Shown piece by piece: positions 19,167 to 27,724 of a stretch of DNA of 64,000 nucleotides. This stretch comes from an uncultured Candidatus Binatia bacterium (GTDB lineage: Bacteria; Desulfobacterota; Binatia; UBA9968; JAJDTQ01). The notes below the pieces were generated by a model. That model saw only the letters and a program-made list of their open reading frames with translations. It did not search any database and was not told where the DNA came from. Where the stretch lies: NCBI GenBank assembly GCA_965218305.1, contig OZ244617.1, positions 3,058,983 to 3,122,982 of the forward strand, written 5' to 3'. The translations under genes were made by a program, and so were the position numbers. Numbering within the stretch: the first letter of the stretch is position 1; each line of letters begins with the position of its first letter.

Positions 19167-19760
19167 TCAGGGTGCCGCCATCAGGTTGGCGGGTGTTACG
19201 ACAGAGCGTAGCGTATGGGTGCGGTAACCCCCGTTCCGGGGGTAGCGCGGGTCCCGTTTGGCGGTTCGGGTGGTCACGCCGATCCGGAGTTGGCGTATGT
19301 CGGCGCTCACGGTGGTGGCGTTGCCCGAGGCGTCGAGGTACTCCACGGTGAAGCCCTCCACGTCTTCCGCCAGGGGCTGGCCCCCGCCGCCCGTGTCACG
19401 CTTGAGTTGCCGGCGCTCGGGGTCGTGAAAGTAGACGACCCGTTCATTGGCATCGGACACGTCCCCGTCGCCGTTGCGGTCGGCCGCGATGCCCAACCGG
19501 GCGGGATGGTAGGAGAGCCCGGCAATCCCGGCCCGCGCGGGATCGTATCCTGCCGTTCGAGCGTCCCGGATCACCAGGGTCATGGCGGCGCGGGCGTTCT
19601 GTTGCATGGCAGTGAGCTGTTCCTGAAGGTCGTAGGCGGTGATCTGAGCGGTAAAGCTCGTGACCACCGCGGCCAGCAGGATTCCCTGGATCGACAGGAC
19701 CACCAGAAGCTCGATCAGGGTGAAGCCCCGATCGAGGCGCCTGCTCACCGGCAGCGACAT
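19167..19760 (-). CDS. Prepilin-type N-terminal cleavage/methylation domain protein (PilW/GspJ-like minor pseudopilin)
   Basis: GFTLIELLVVLSIQGILLAAV prepilin signal after an internal Met (MSLPVSRRLDRG|FTLIELL). ATGA overlap with the upstream pilV-like gene. Confidence 0.6.
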   Translation of the reverse strand: MSLPVSRRLDRGFTLIELLVVLSIQGILLAAVVTSFTAQITAYDLQEQLTAMQQNARAAMTLVIRDARTAGYDPARAGIAGLSYHPARLGIAADRNGDGDVSDANERVVYFHDPERRQLKRDTGGGGQPLAEDVEGFTVEYLDASGNATTVSADIRQLRIGVTTRTAKRDPRYPRNGGYRTHTLRSVVTPANLMAAP

Positions 19761-20167
19761 CACCGGCCCAGAAGCGTCCGCAGGACCGCCGACCGCGCGT
19801 CCCGATCCCAGTACACCGTGACCGTGACGGTGCTCAAGCCGATCTCGGGGGCATCGAGCCGGACATCGGTGACCCGCTTGTAGAGGAGAAATCCGGGTAT
19901 CGTCCCGTAGTCCTCGGTGGTCGAAATCGCGCTTCCTCCGCCCAGACCCTTGAGGCCTTCGATGCGGTTCTGCGCCAGCAGCGTGGCCACCCCGTGTTGC
20001 CGGCTCGCGCGGTTCCCCTCCATGACCCCGACCGTGAGACGGCCGATGCCCAGCAGACCCGTGGACAGGATCAGCATCGCCACCAGCAGCTCGATCATGG
20101 AAAACCCGCCGCGCGGAAGCGCCCTGGAGCCCGTCCGCGAGGACCGTGTCACGTCGTGCCGCCTCAC
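19760..20167 (-). CDS. Prepilin-type minor pilin/pseudopilin (PilV/GspI-like)
   Basis: Leader then GG|FSMIELLVAMLILSTGLLGI. 135 aa. Translationally coupled to both neighbours. Confidence 0.6.
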   Translation of the reverse strand: MRRHDVTRSSRTGSRALPRGGFSMIELLVAMLILSTGLLGIGRLTVGVMEGNRASRQHGVATLLAQNRIEGLKGLGGGSAISTTEDYGTIPGFLLYKRVTDVRLDAPEIGLSTVTVTVYWDRDARSAVLRTLLGR

Positions 20168-20622
20168 CGTATCCGCACGCGGCCGGCAATGCTGATGCTG
20201 ACCCGCTTCGAGCCGGCGGCGTTGGTCAGCGTGATGGTGGCCAGGCTGCTGGCCGTGCCCCTGGGACTGAAGACCGGATTGTTGTTGGAGCCCATCACCA
20301 CGCCCTCATAGTCCGCCCTCAGGTCCCGGGTGAGGGTCCATTCCCCGGGATCGGCGGCGCCGTCGTTGTCGGCATCGTCGAGGATCCGGTACTCGTGCTC
20401 GCTCAGGAAGAACACCCGGTACCGGTTGTTTCTCTGGATGGCCTTCATGCGCGCCCACATGAGATCCCCCGTGAGTTGGCGGACGGCGCCGTTGAGCCGA
20501 TGCCTCGGCATGACCTTCAGATAACCCGGGACGGCGATGGCAAGCATGATGCCGGCCAGGGTCAGGGTGATCAGTTGACCCAGGAGCGAGAACCCCGCCG
20601 TCCCTTGGAACGCTCGCGGCAT
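20164..20622 (-). CDS. GspH/FimT-family pseudopilin
   Basis: Prepilin-like N-terminus AGFSLLGQLITLTLAGIMLAIAVPGY and a GspH/FimT-type C-domain (RNNRYRVFF). Start placed at MPRAFQGTAGF. Confidence 0.6.
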   Translation of the reverse strand: MPRAFQGTAGFSLLGQLITLTLAGIMLAIAVPGYLKVMPRHRLNGAVRQLTGDLMWARMKAIQRNNRYRVFFLSEHEYRILDDADNDGAADPGEWTLTRDLRADYEGVVMGSNNNPVFSPRGTASSLATITLTNAAGSKRVSISIAGRVRIR

Positions 20623-20635
20623 CCCCTCACTCCTT

Positions 20636-21412
20636 TCAGAAGACCCGGACCAGGGCGGACAGGCACAGGAAGGGCCCGAAGGGCAAGGGCGTCCCAAGCG
20701 AAACATCCCTCCTGACGACCATGAGCCCCATGCCCCAGAAGGATCCCATGAGAGCGCTCAGGAATAGAATGTGCGGCACGTCCTCCCAGCCCACAAAGGA
20801 ACCGATCATCGCCAACAGCTTGACGTCGCCGCCGCCAAGGCCGTCCCGGCCGGTGAAAGCCCGGTAGCCGCAGGCCGTGGCCAGCAGCACACCCCCGCCG
20901 AACAGCGCGCCCAGGAGAGAGCTCAACGGCGACGGCCAGTCCCGGATCGAGAGCGCCGGGGCGCACCACGACAGACCGAATGCCCCGGCCGTGCCGTAGA
21001 CGCTGATGACATCGGGGATGATTCCGGTTTCGAAGTCGATGACGGCTGCCGCCAGCAGCGCGCCGGCAAGGGCAAGCTGTACGATGAGGCGCGGCCCGGG
21101 GCCAAAACGGCGGTACCATGCCAGCGTCATGGCGGCGGCGCACAACTCGACCAGGAAATAGCGCGGGGAGATGCGGACGCCGCAGCGAGCGCACCGCCCG
21201 CGCAACAGGACATAGCTGATCAGCGGGAGCTTGGCCCACACGGGAAGGCCGCATTCGCAGGAGCGGCAATGCGACCCGGGAAACAGGAGCGATTCGCCCG
21301 CGGGGAGCCGCGTGATGCAGACGTTCAGGAAGCTGCCGATACAGGATCCCAGAACGAAGAGCAGAAGCCCCCGCGCCTGTTCGAGTGTTGCGATCGCCGT
21401 TCCTCCGCCCAT
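20636..21412 (-). CDS. pilD: Prepilin peptidase (A24 family, PilD/GspO)
   Basis: N-terminal tetracysteine Zn motif (CRSCECG...CARCG), the catalytic Asp region GGGDVKLLAMIGSFVGW, and a multi-pass membrane topology. Confidence 0.85.
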   Translation of the reverse strand: MGGGTAIATLEQARGLLLFVLGSCIGSFLNVCITRLPAGESLLFPGSHCRSCECGLPVWAKLPLISYVLLRGRCARCGVRISPRYFLVELCAAAMTLAWYRRFGPGPRLIVQLALAGALLAAAVIDFETGIIPDVISVYGTAGAFGLSWCAPALSIRDWPSPLSSLLGALFGGGVLLATACGYRAFTGRDGLGGGDVKLLAMIGSFVGWEDVPHILFLSALMGSFWGMGLMVVRRDVSLGTPLPFGPFLCLSALVRVF

Positions 21413-21447
21413 AAAGGAACAATCGGCAGGAGGCGGGCGATCTTTAG

Positions 21448-21525
21448 CCCCGGATCAAGTCCGGGGTGACGTGGGGCGTCCGGGATGACGTGGGGCGAGC
21501 CCGGAATGACGCAGAGGGCGCTCGA
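21448..21525. repeat. Palindromic intergenic repeat element, copy B (partial: one arm CCCCGGATCAAGTCCGGGGTGAC plus degenerate GATGACGTGGGGCG tandem tail)
   Basis: Matches the right arm of copies A and D. Lies in the pilD-hydrolase intergenic region. Confidence 0.7.
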
Positions 21526-21541
21526 TGACGGCATCCCGGAA

Positions 21542-22687
21542 TCAGCGATTCCTGGATGCCAGCCATCCCCGGATCAGGGGAAAGACCTCGGTCTTGGCTT
21601 TCTTTCCGAGAATCAGGTCGAAGTGGCCGTAGCTGACGTCTTCGTCCGGGTCCGACCAGAAGATCATGAGGTCGCGATCCTCCGAAGACAACTCTTCGTA
21701 GACCTTCCTCAAGGCTGCCGGCGGCGCGATGGGGTCCGCCGCGCCCCCTATCAGGAGAACCGGGACATGGATTTTCGGGAGCCCATCCCGGTAGCTGGAT
21801 GCGCCGTCGGCGGAGACGAACTCGTCCTTGTCCACGGTCGTGACCAGTTGCTCTAAAACACCAGGGTTGACCGGAATCAGCAGCGTCTCCTGCAGTTCCT
21901 GCGCGACCCGCGGCTCCATGTTCCTGGGGTTGTAGAACACCTCTTTGAACCCGGGAACCATGAACAGAAACCGGTTCAGACCGGAGGAGCTCCAATAGAG
22001 AAGGGCGTTCCGCAGGGCCGGCTGGCGGTCCAGTCTGAGCAGGATGTCCAGCCCGTCCTGCTCACGGCTGTCGAAGGACATGGGCGCGGCGACGCTGACG
22101 ATCCCCGCGACGCCGTGATCACCAACCTTGCCGGCATGGGCCAGGGCCAACGCGCCGCCCAGCTCGTAACCCACCACAAAGACTTCGCTACTGCCGGAGG
22201 TCTTCTTGACGTATTCGATGACCGCGGGAAGGTCGTCCCTCAGGATGTCGTCCAGGGTCCAGGGCTTTCTTCCCCAACCCAACGGGTTGAGGCTGCGGCC
22301 GGTGCCTCGCAGCGACAGGTTCCAGACGTCAAAGCCGGCCTCGGCCAGGTACTCCGCCAAGCTCGCTCTGCCGTAGTCGAGGAAGCGGCTGTCCACCAGC
22401 AGGCCGTGGATGAGGATGACGGGTCGCGGGTGCCGTACGTTCTTGCTGAGACGGAACCGCATGGCGGTGAGCTCGAACTTCGTCTCGGTGACGGCCCAGT
22501 GACGCTTGGATTTTACGTACTCGTCGTCCAGCGAGGCTGCCCCCACCGGTCCAGGCAAGAGGCACAACAGGGCCGTTGCCAGGCAGAAGCAGAACACCCG
22601 GTACGTGACACCAAGAGAGTCCTGGTGACCTTCTCCCGAGGTCAGGGTCCGCCAGAACTGAACATCGATGAACCGCATCTCGTTCAC
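21542..22687 (-). CDS. Alpha/beta hydrolase (secreted, lipase/esterase-like)
   Basis: Signal-peptide-like N-terminal region. PVILIHGLL oxyanion region and a nucleophile elbow (VVGYELGG). 381 aa. Confidence 0.6.
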   Translation of the reverse strand: MNEMRFIDVQFWRTLTSGEGHQDSLGVTYRVFCFCLATALLCLLPGPVGAASLDDEYVKSKRHWAVTETKFELTAMRFRLSKNVRHPRPVILIHGLLVDSRFLDYGRASLAEYLAEAGFDVWNLSLRGTGRSLNPLGWGRKPWTLDDILRDDLPAVIEYVKKTSGSSEVFVVGYELGGALALAHAGKVGDHGVAGIVSVAAPMSFDSREQDGLDILLRLDRQPALRNALLYWSSSGLNRFLFMVPGFKEVFYNPRNMEPRVAQELQETLLIPVNPGVLEQLVTTVDKDEFVSADGASSYRDGLPKIHVPVLLIGGAADPIAPPAALRKVYEELSSEDRDLMIFWSDPDEDVSYGHFDLILGKKAKTEVFPLIRGWLASRNR

Positions 22688-22708
22688 CCGTGACTTGGCA
22701 AGAGAGTG

Positions 22709-23341
22709 TTATCCGGGCCGGTAGTGGACCACCCGCAGCGGCTTCAAGTTCCCGGAGTTGCAAGGATTGAGCACCTGGGGACAATTCGACCCGGCCACCA
22801 GGACATCCATGTCGGCCCTGAAGTCGATGTAATCGCCCGCCTTGGATTTCGGTGGTTCGATGGAGAACGTCCCGTCAGCCTGGATGGGGCAATTCATGAA
22901 GACATTCATGTTGTAGGGTATGTCTTTCCATGCAAGCCCCCAGGGTTCGAGAGCGGCGACGAAGTTGTCCCGGCAATTGGCAGCGCCCGGAACCCCGTAG
23001 CGGAATTCGTTGGTGTAGCGGGAGCAGGCCCCCGCGAGCATGTCGTGGGTGCAGCAAGTATCCGCCACAATCGTCATGAGCTTGCCGGCTTTATCCGAGA
23101 GCAGGGTGTAGCCGACCGTCGGATAAATCTGCTTGTTGAGGTTCAGCGTGTTCTCCGGGGAGAGTCTTTCAGCCAAATCATGCAGATTGAAAGCCAGGAA
23201 ATCCATCACCTGCTGCCCCTCGATATCGACGATTCGGAACACCTCTCCTTCCCGGACTTCCCCGGCGTAATGCCCCGCTGGTTCGATGATTTTGTCCGCG
23301 ATGATTTCTCCGGAAATCTTGTCTGCATCGGTGCTCATCAT
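22709..23341 (-). CDS. DUF1989 (urea carboxylase-associated protein-like) family protein
   Basis: FRIVDIEGQQ...D and conserved Cys/His-containing blocks are typical of DUF1989. Start placed at MMSTD, which has a perfect AAGGAGG Shine-Dalgarno 8 nt upstream. Confidence 0.55.
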   Translation of the reverse strand: MMSTDADKISGEIIADKIIEPAGHYAGEVREGEVFRIVDIEGQQVMDFLAFNLHDLAERLSPENTLNLNKQIYPTVGYTLLSDKAGKLMTIVADTCCTHDMLAGACSRYTNEFRYGVPGAANCRDNFVAALEPWGLAWKDIPYNMNVFMNCPIQADGTFSIEPPKSKAGDYIDFRADMDVLVAGSNCPQVLNPCNSGNLKPLRVVHYRPG

Positions 23342-23385
23342 TAGCCCTCCTTGAATCAGGCGGTGATTGCGCCGCCGAAGATACG

Positions 23386-24234
23386 TCACGCCGAATACGG
23401 AGAAACAGGCGTGATGTTCCTGTAGTCCACCGGCAGCGGCTCGACGTGGATGCCGGCATCGATCTCGGCCATGCGTGCTTCGGTCAACGGATAGCCGAAG
23501 GTTTCGTTGCGGAGCCTCAGGTGCGCCGTGGCCTTCTCGGTGATGATATGCCGCGCGGTCTCGAGGTCGTCGTCGTTGCGGATGGCCTGGGCGATGTGGG
23601 GAATGTGGACGGGTCCGTGGCGCATCTCGTCGTGGAAGATGATGCCCATGGCTTCGGCGATGGCCTTTTCGACGGCGCCCCCGGAATAAGAGGTGTAAGG
23701 GAGTTCGAGCAGCCTGTTGCCCATGTAGAAGATGGCTGCTCCGGCGCCCTCGGAAAAGCCCAGGGCCACGTCGGCAAGGTCGCCGTAGGTTTCATCGAGC
23801 CGCCGGGTGACCTCCACCTCGGCGGTCATGGCCGGCAAGTCCGGGTGCCCCTTGCGTTCGTGCTGGCAGCCCGAGAGGGCCAGCAGCTCCCGCGGGTCCG
23901 GTCTCGTCCCCGCAATCTGCTCCATGATGTCCGCCAGGAGCCGGTAGTGCCGCGCCTCTTCGTAGACCGACCGCGTGGAGGCCTCGAAGGACCCGCGGCC
24001 GACCGCCGTCTCGATACGCGCGAGATCGCCGGGCAGGGCCTGGAGCAGCCGTTCCACCGTGCCGAGCTCCCGCGCCGCCTGCAGCTTGAGCCAGTGCAGG
24101 TCGTCCTCCCGGGTCCGAGGGTTGGAGAAGTAGGTGCGGACCACTTCCGCCTCCCCGGCCCACCAGCGCAACGGGGCGGCTTCGAGAGCCGCCGTGCGCT
24201 CATGGAGTTTCGCGTCCGGTTCCATCCCTGACAT
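23386..24234 (-). CDS. Uncharacterised protein, paralogue of 35129..35992; possible ferritin-like diiron fold (two E-x-x-H motifs)
   Basis: Clear paralogy with the second copy (RLRNETFGYPLTEARMAEIDAG vs RMRNEQFSYPIDEARIQEIAAG). Contains EEARH and DEMRH motifs. Start at MSGMEPD, with a GAGGAAG RBS upstream. Confidence 0.5.
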   Translation of the reverse strand: MSGMEPDAKLHERTAALEAAPLRWWAGEAEVVRTYFSNPRTREDDLHWLKLQAARELGTVERLLQALPGDLARIETAVGRGSFEASTRSVYEEARHYRLLADIMEQIAGTRPDPRELLALSGCQHERKGHPDLPAMTAEVEVTRRLDETYGDLADVALGFSEGAGAAIFYMGNRLLELPYTSYSGGAVEKAIAEAMGIIFHDEMRHGPVHIPHIAQAIRNDDDLETARHIITEKATAHLRLRNETFGYPLTEARMAEIDAGIHVEPLPVDYRNITPVSPYSA

Positions 24235-24419
24235 CGCTTCCTCGCTCGAAGGTCGCCGACGGCCTTTCGTTCTCGGACATTGATTGCGGCGGAGGTGATT
24301 GTATATAGACCTGTGCAAAAGGGTCAAGGACGTTCGGGGCAGGCGCCGCCACGACCGCTCCACACCCGGAGCATCGTGTCCAGTACCACCAAACCAACAC
24401 CGACGAGGGGGAACGCACC

Positions 24420-25631
24420 ATGCGGGCGAATACAGAGAGAAAGGTGAAACGCTGGCAGGAGCAACGCTGGATACTGGATCAGGTCATCAAGGTCAGCGGC
24501 CTCGACTTCGATCAGGGGCGCTCGGGCAAGATGCTGCGGAACTGCGGTCCGGCCATCGCCGGGGAGTTGCGGGGCTTCGGGCAGACGGTACAGAAGTTCA
24601 CGGACTTCCCGCGGGAGTTCTCCCACGCCGCCCAAACGCGGGAGCGGCGGGGGCGGGCCGCCGAGGAGTTGGGGCACACGGTGGAGGCGCGCGAGCACTA
24701 CTACGTGGCGGCCACCTACTACACCGCGGCCCAGTGGGGCATCTTCGAGGACGGCAACCCGCAGCGGATGGCCTGGGCGGAGAGCAAGCGGGACTGCTAC
24801 GACCGCTACATCCGGTTCGCCGATCATCCCATCGAACGGGTGGACCTGCCCATGCCGGGCGGGCAGATGATGGCGGCGCTGCTCCACCTGCCGCACAAGC
24901 CGGCGCCGGGGGAGCGGTTCCCGTGCATCCTCTACCAGCCGGGCATGGACGGGGTGAAGGAAGACAATCCGCTCATGGGCGATCCGCTGTTGCAACGAGG
25001 AATGGCGATCCTGTCCATCGACGGCCCGGGGCAAGGCGAGACCCGGGAACGGGGCATCACCGTCACCGCCTCCAACTGCGAGGACGGCGCCAAGGCAGCC
25101 TACGCCTATCTCAAGACCCGTCCCGAGATCGACAGCGACCGGATGGCGATCTACGGGTCCAGCATGGGCTCCTACTGGGGCACGCGCATGGCGGCCGCCG
25201 TACCCGGCTTCAAGGCCTGCGCGGTGGCGGGCGTGTGCATGGAACCCACCCATTACTCCATCTTCAACACCGCCGCGCCGAGCTTCAAGCTCAACTATAT
25301 GTACATGGCCGGCTACGACGACGAGGCGGAGTTCGATGAGTTCTGCAAGACCTTGACCCTCGAAGGGGTGGCGGCCAAGATCCAGTGTCCCATGGTGGCG
25401 GCGGGGGAGGACGACGAGCTCTGTCCCATCGAGTTCGTCTATCAGCTCATGGACGAGGCCACTTGTCCCAAGGTCCTCTACGTCTACGAAGGCGAGCGCC
25501 ACTCCATCCGTAACCCGGCGGCGCGCACCATCATCGTGGACTGGCTCAAGGACTGCCTCGACGGAAAGCCGGTCACGTCGGAGAAGGTTTACGTCGAGAT
25601 GAGCGGCAAGGAGACCCGGACGCGGTTCTGA
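24420..25631 (+). CDS. Alpha/beta hydrolase (dienelactone hydrolase / DHPON-hydrolase-like C-C or ester hydrolase)
   Basis: Nucleophile elbow IYGSSMGSYWG. 403 aa with an N-terminal cap domain. Confidence 0.6.
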   Translation: MRANTERKVKRWQEQRWILDQVIKVSGLDFDQGRSGKMLRNCGPAIAGELRGFGQTVQKFTDFPREFSHAAQTRERRGRAAEELGHTVEAREHYYVAATYYTAAQWGIFEDGNPQRMAWAESKRDCYDRYIRFADHPIERVDLPMPGGQMMAALLHLPHKPAPGERFPCILYQPGMDGVKEDNPLMGDPLLQRGMAILSIDGPGQGETRERGITVTASNCEDGAKAAYAYLKTRPEIDSDRMAIYGSSMGSYWGTRMAAAVPGFKACAVAGVCMEPTHYSIFNTAAPSFKLNYMYMAGYDDEAEFDEFCKTLTLEGVAAKIQCPMVAAGEDDELCPIEFVYQLMDEATCPKVLYVYEGERHSIRNPAARTIIVDWLKDCLDGKPVTSEKVYVEMSGKETRTRF

Positions 25632-25683
25632 CGTGTTCCGAGGCCGCCGCCACGGGAACGCGACGGGAGGATGCGGTCCGGAC

Positions 25684-25992
25684 TCATGCCGGGGCTGGTT
25701 GCAAGGTGCGCTCGCGCAATGTGCCCATCTCTTCCCGCAGGTGGCTTACTTCCCCCCGCAGGTGGCTCACGTCTTGCCGCACCTCGCGCAACTCCCCCCG
25801 TAGTTCGGAAATGCGCTGGTCCACTTCGGTGAACCGCTGGTCCACCTGGTCGAACCGCCGGTCCACCTGGGCAAACCGCAGGTCCATCTCCCGATGCATG
25901 TCCGCCCGCAGGCTCTGTATCATTCTCGCCAACGCGAGACCCACGCCTACGACTGACAAGATGATGGCGATTGCCGAAATATCGACGTTCAT
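25684..25992 (-). CDS. Small N-terminally membrane-anchored coiled-coil protein with heptad repeats (DxRFxQV)x4
   Basis: One TM helix (ISAIAIILSVVGVGLALA), then RFAQVDRRFDQVDQRFTEVDQRISELRGELREVRQDVSHLRGEVSHLREE. Encoded by 21-bp tandem DNA repeats. Confidence 0.4.
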   Translation of the reverse strand: MNVDISAIAIILSVVGVGLALARMIQSLRADMHREMDLRFAQVDRRFDQVDQRFTEVDQRISELRGELREVRQDVSHLRGEVSHLREEMGTLRERTLQPAPA

Positions 25993-26204
25993 TCGAACGA
26001 CTCCTTACCGGACTTTTTGATACACAATTCGTTCGAGCCGGTCAACGGCCTTCCTTGACAGGCCTTTCCTGACATGGTTCATTCTGTCTCAGCCTTCGAC
26101 CGACGAAACTTCGCCGAGACAGACCTTTCACCGGTTCTGACGCAAATTTCCGGCCAAGTCCCGCGGGCTGCAAATTTATACATACACGAGGAGAGTTCGT
26201 CCCC

Positions 26205-27662
26205 ATGCAGATGTTCATTGCTGGCGAGTATACGGATACGGCAAGCGGCGAGACCGTCGCCATACACAACCCTGCCACCGGAGAGTTGGTGGACACCGTT
26301 CCAAAAGGCACGGCGGATGACGTGAAGCGGGCGGTTGCGGCCGCGGAAGAGGCGGCGGTGGAGTGGGGCAAGTTTTCTCCGCCCAAGCGTGGCGCCTGCC
26401 TGACCGAGGCCGCGCGCCTCGTGCTGGAGAACGAGAAAGAGCTGACCCAGTTGCTCACCAGGGAACAGGGCAAGGCGCTGCGCGAGTCGGTGCTGGAGAT
26501 CCGCCGCTTCGCCCACACCCTGGAGCACTATGCCGGCATGGCGAAGACGCTGCGGGGCGGCTACGTGAAGCTGGATGACGGGCGCTACGGGCTGATCATG
26601 AGCAAGCCCATGGGGGTGGTGGGCTCCATCGTGCCGTGGAACTTCCCCGTATCGTTGATGGGCAACAAGGTGGGTCCGGCGCTGCTCGCGGGCAACGCTA
26701 TGGTCATCAAGCCCGCCAGCACCACGCCGCTGACCGCCACCCGGTGCGTCGAGCTGGTGCAGCAGGCGGGGCTTCCCAAGGGCACCATCAACATGGTGAC
26801 CGGACCCGGCGGGGACGTGGGTGAGGAAATCCTCCGCCACCCGGCCATCCGGAAGGTGGGCTTCACCGGCGCCACCGACACCGGCAAGCGGATCATGGAG
26901 GTGGCTTCCCGGGAGGTCAAGCGGGTTACCCTGGAGCTCGGCGGCAGCGACCCCATGATCGTGTGCGACGATGCCAACATCGACCGGGCGGTGAGCGCGG
27001 CCTCCGTGGGCCGTTTCTTCAACTGCGGCCAGGCGTGCCTGGCGGTCAAGCGCCTCTACCTGTACGACGGCATCGCCGACGAATTCATCGAGAAGCTGGT
27101 GGAGAAGGTCCGCAAGCTGCGGGTAGGCAACGGCCTGACGCGGGGCACCATGCTCGGACCGCTGCACACCAAGGCGCAGCGCGAGGAGGTGGAGGAACAG
27201 GTGGCGGACGCGGTGCAGCGCGGCGCCAAGGTGCTGGTGGGCGGCGATCGCCCCACCGGCGACGAGTACGACAAGGGCAACTTTCTGAATCCGTCGGTCG
27301 TGGTGGATGTCGATCCCGCGTCCAAGCTGCTGGCGGACGAGGTGTTCGGACCGGCCCTGCCGGTGGTGCGGGTCAAGAACCTCGAGGAGGGCTTGGCGCT
27401 GGCCAACGATTCCATCTTCGGTCTGGGCTCCTCGATCTGGACCCAGGACATCGACAAGGCCATGTTCGCGGCCGAGAAGCTCGACGCCGGGTACACCTGG
27501 GTCAACTCCGCTCAGATCATCTACGACGAGCTCCCCTTCGGCGGCGTGAAGCAGAGCGGCGTCGGCAAGGAGCACGGCAACGAGGCCGTGGAGCACTACA
27601 GCGAGGTCAAGTCCGTGGTCGTGGCCACGGAGCAAACTTCCGAGATGGTGGGAGGCGAATAG
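26205..27662 (+). CDS. NAD(P)-dependent aldehyde dehydrogenase
   Basis: ALDH family, 485 aa. Catalytic Cys region FFNCGQACLA, Glu motif LELGGSDP, and Rossmann region GSIVPWNFP. Confidence 0.9.
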   Translation: MQMFIAGEYTDTASGETVAIHNPATGELVDTVPKGTADDVKRAVAAAEEAAVEWGKFSPPKRGACLTEAARLVLENEKELTQLLTREQGKALRESVLEIRRFAHTLEHYAGMAKTLRGGYVKLDDGRYGLIMSKPMGVVGSIVPWNFPVSLMGNKVGPALLAGNAMVIKPASTTPLTATRCVELVQQAGLPKGTINMVTGPGGDVGEEILRHPAIRKVGFTGATDTGKRIMEVASREVKRVTLELGGSDPMIVCDDANIDRAVSAASVGRFFNCGQACLAVKRLYLYDGIADEFIEKLVEKVRKLRVGNGLTRGTMLGPLHTKAQREEVEEQVADAVQRGAKVLVGGDRPTGDEYDKGNFLNPSVVVDVDPASKLLADEVFGPALPVVRVKNLEEGLALANDSIFGLGSSIWTQDIDKAMFAAEKLDAGYTWVNSAQIIYDELPFGGVKQSGVGKEHGNEAVEHYSEVKSVVVATEQTSEMVGGE

Positions 27663-27724
27663 GCCGAACCCGCACGGTCGCCGCGGCCCGGCTAGCGGCC
27701 GGGTTCGCGCGACTCGACAAAAGC

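Noticed and set aside
26963-27724. N-terminal 254-aa extension of the CoA-ligase ORF (771-aa version)
   Set aside because: The extension overlaps the well-supported aldehyde dehydrogenase gene in another frame and is low-complexity. The internal Met (MSAPRLE) gives a canonical ~517-aa ligase.
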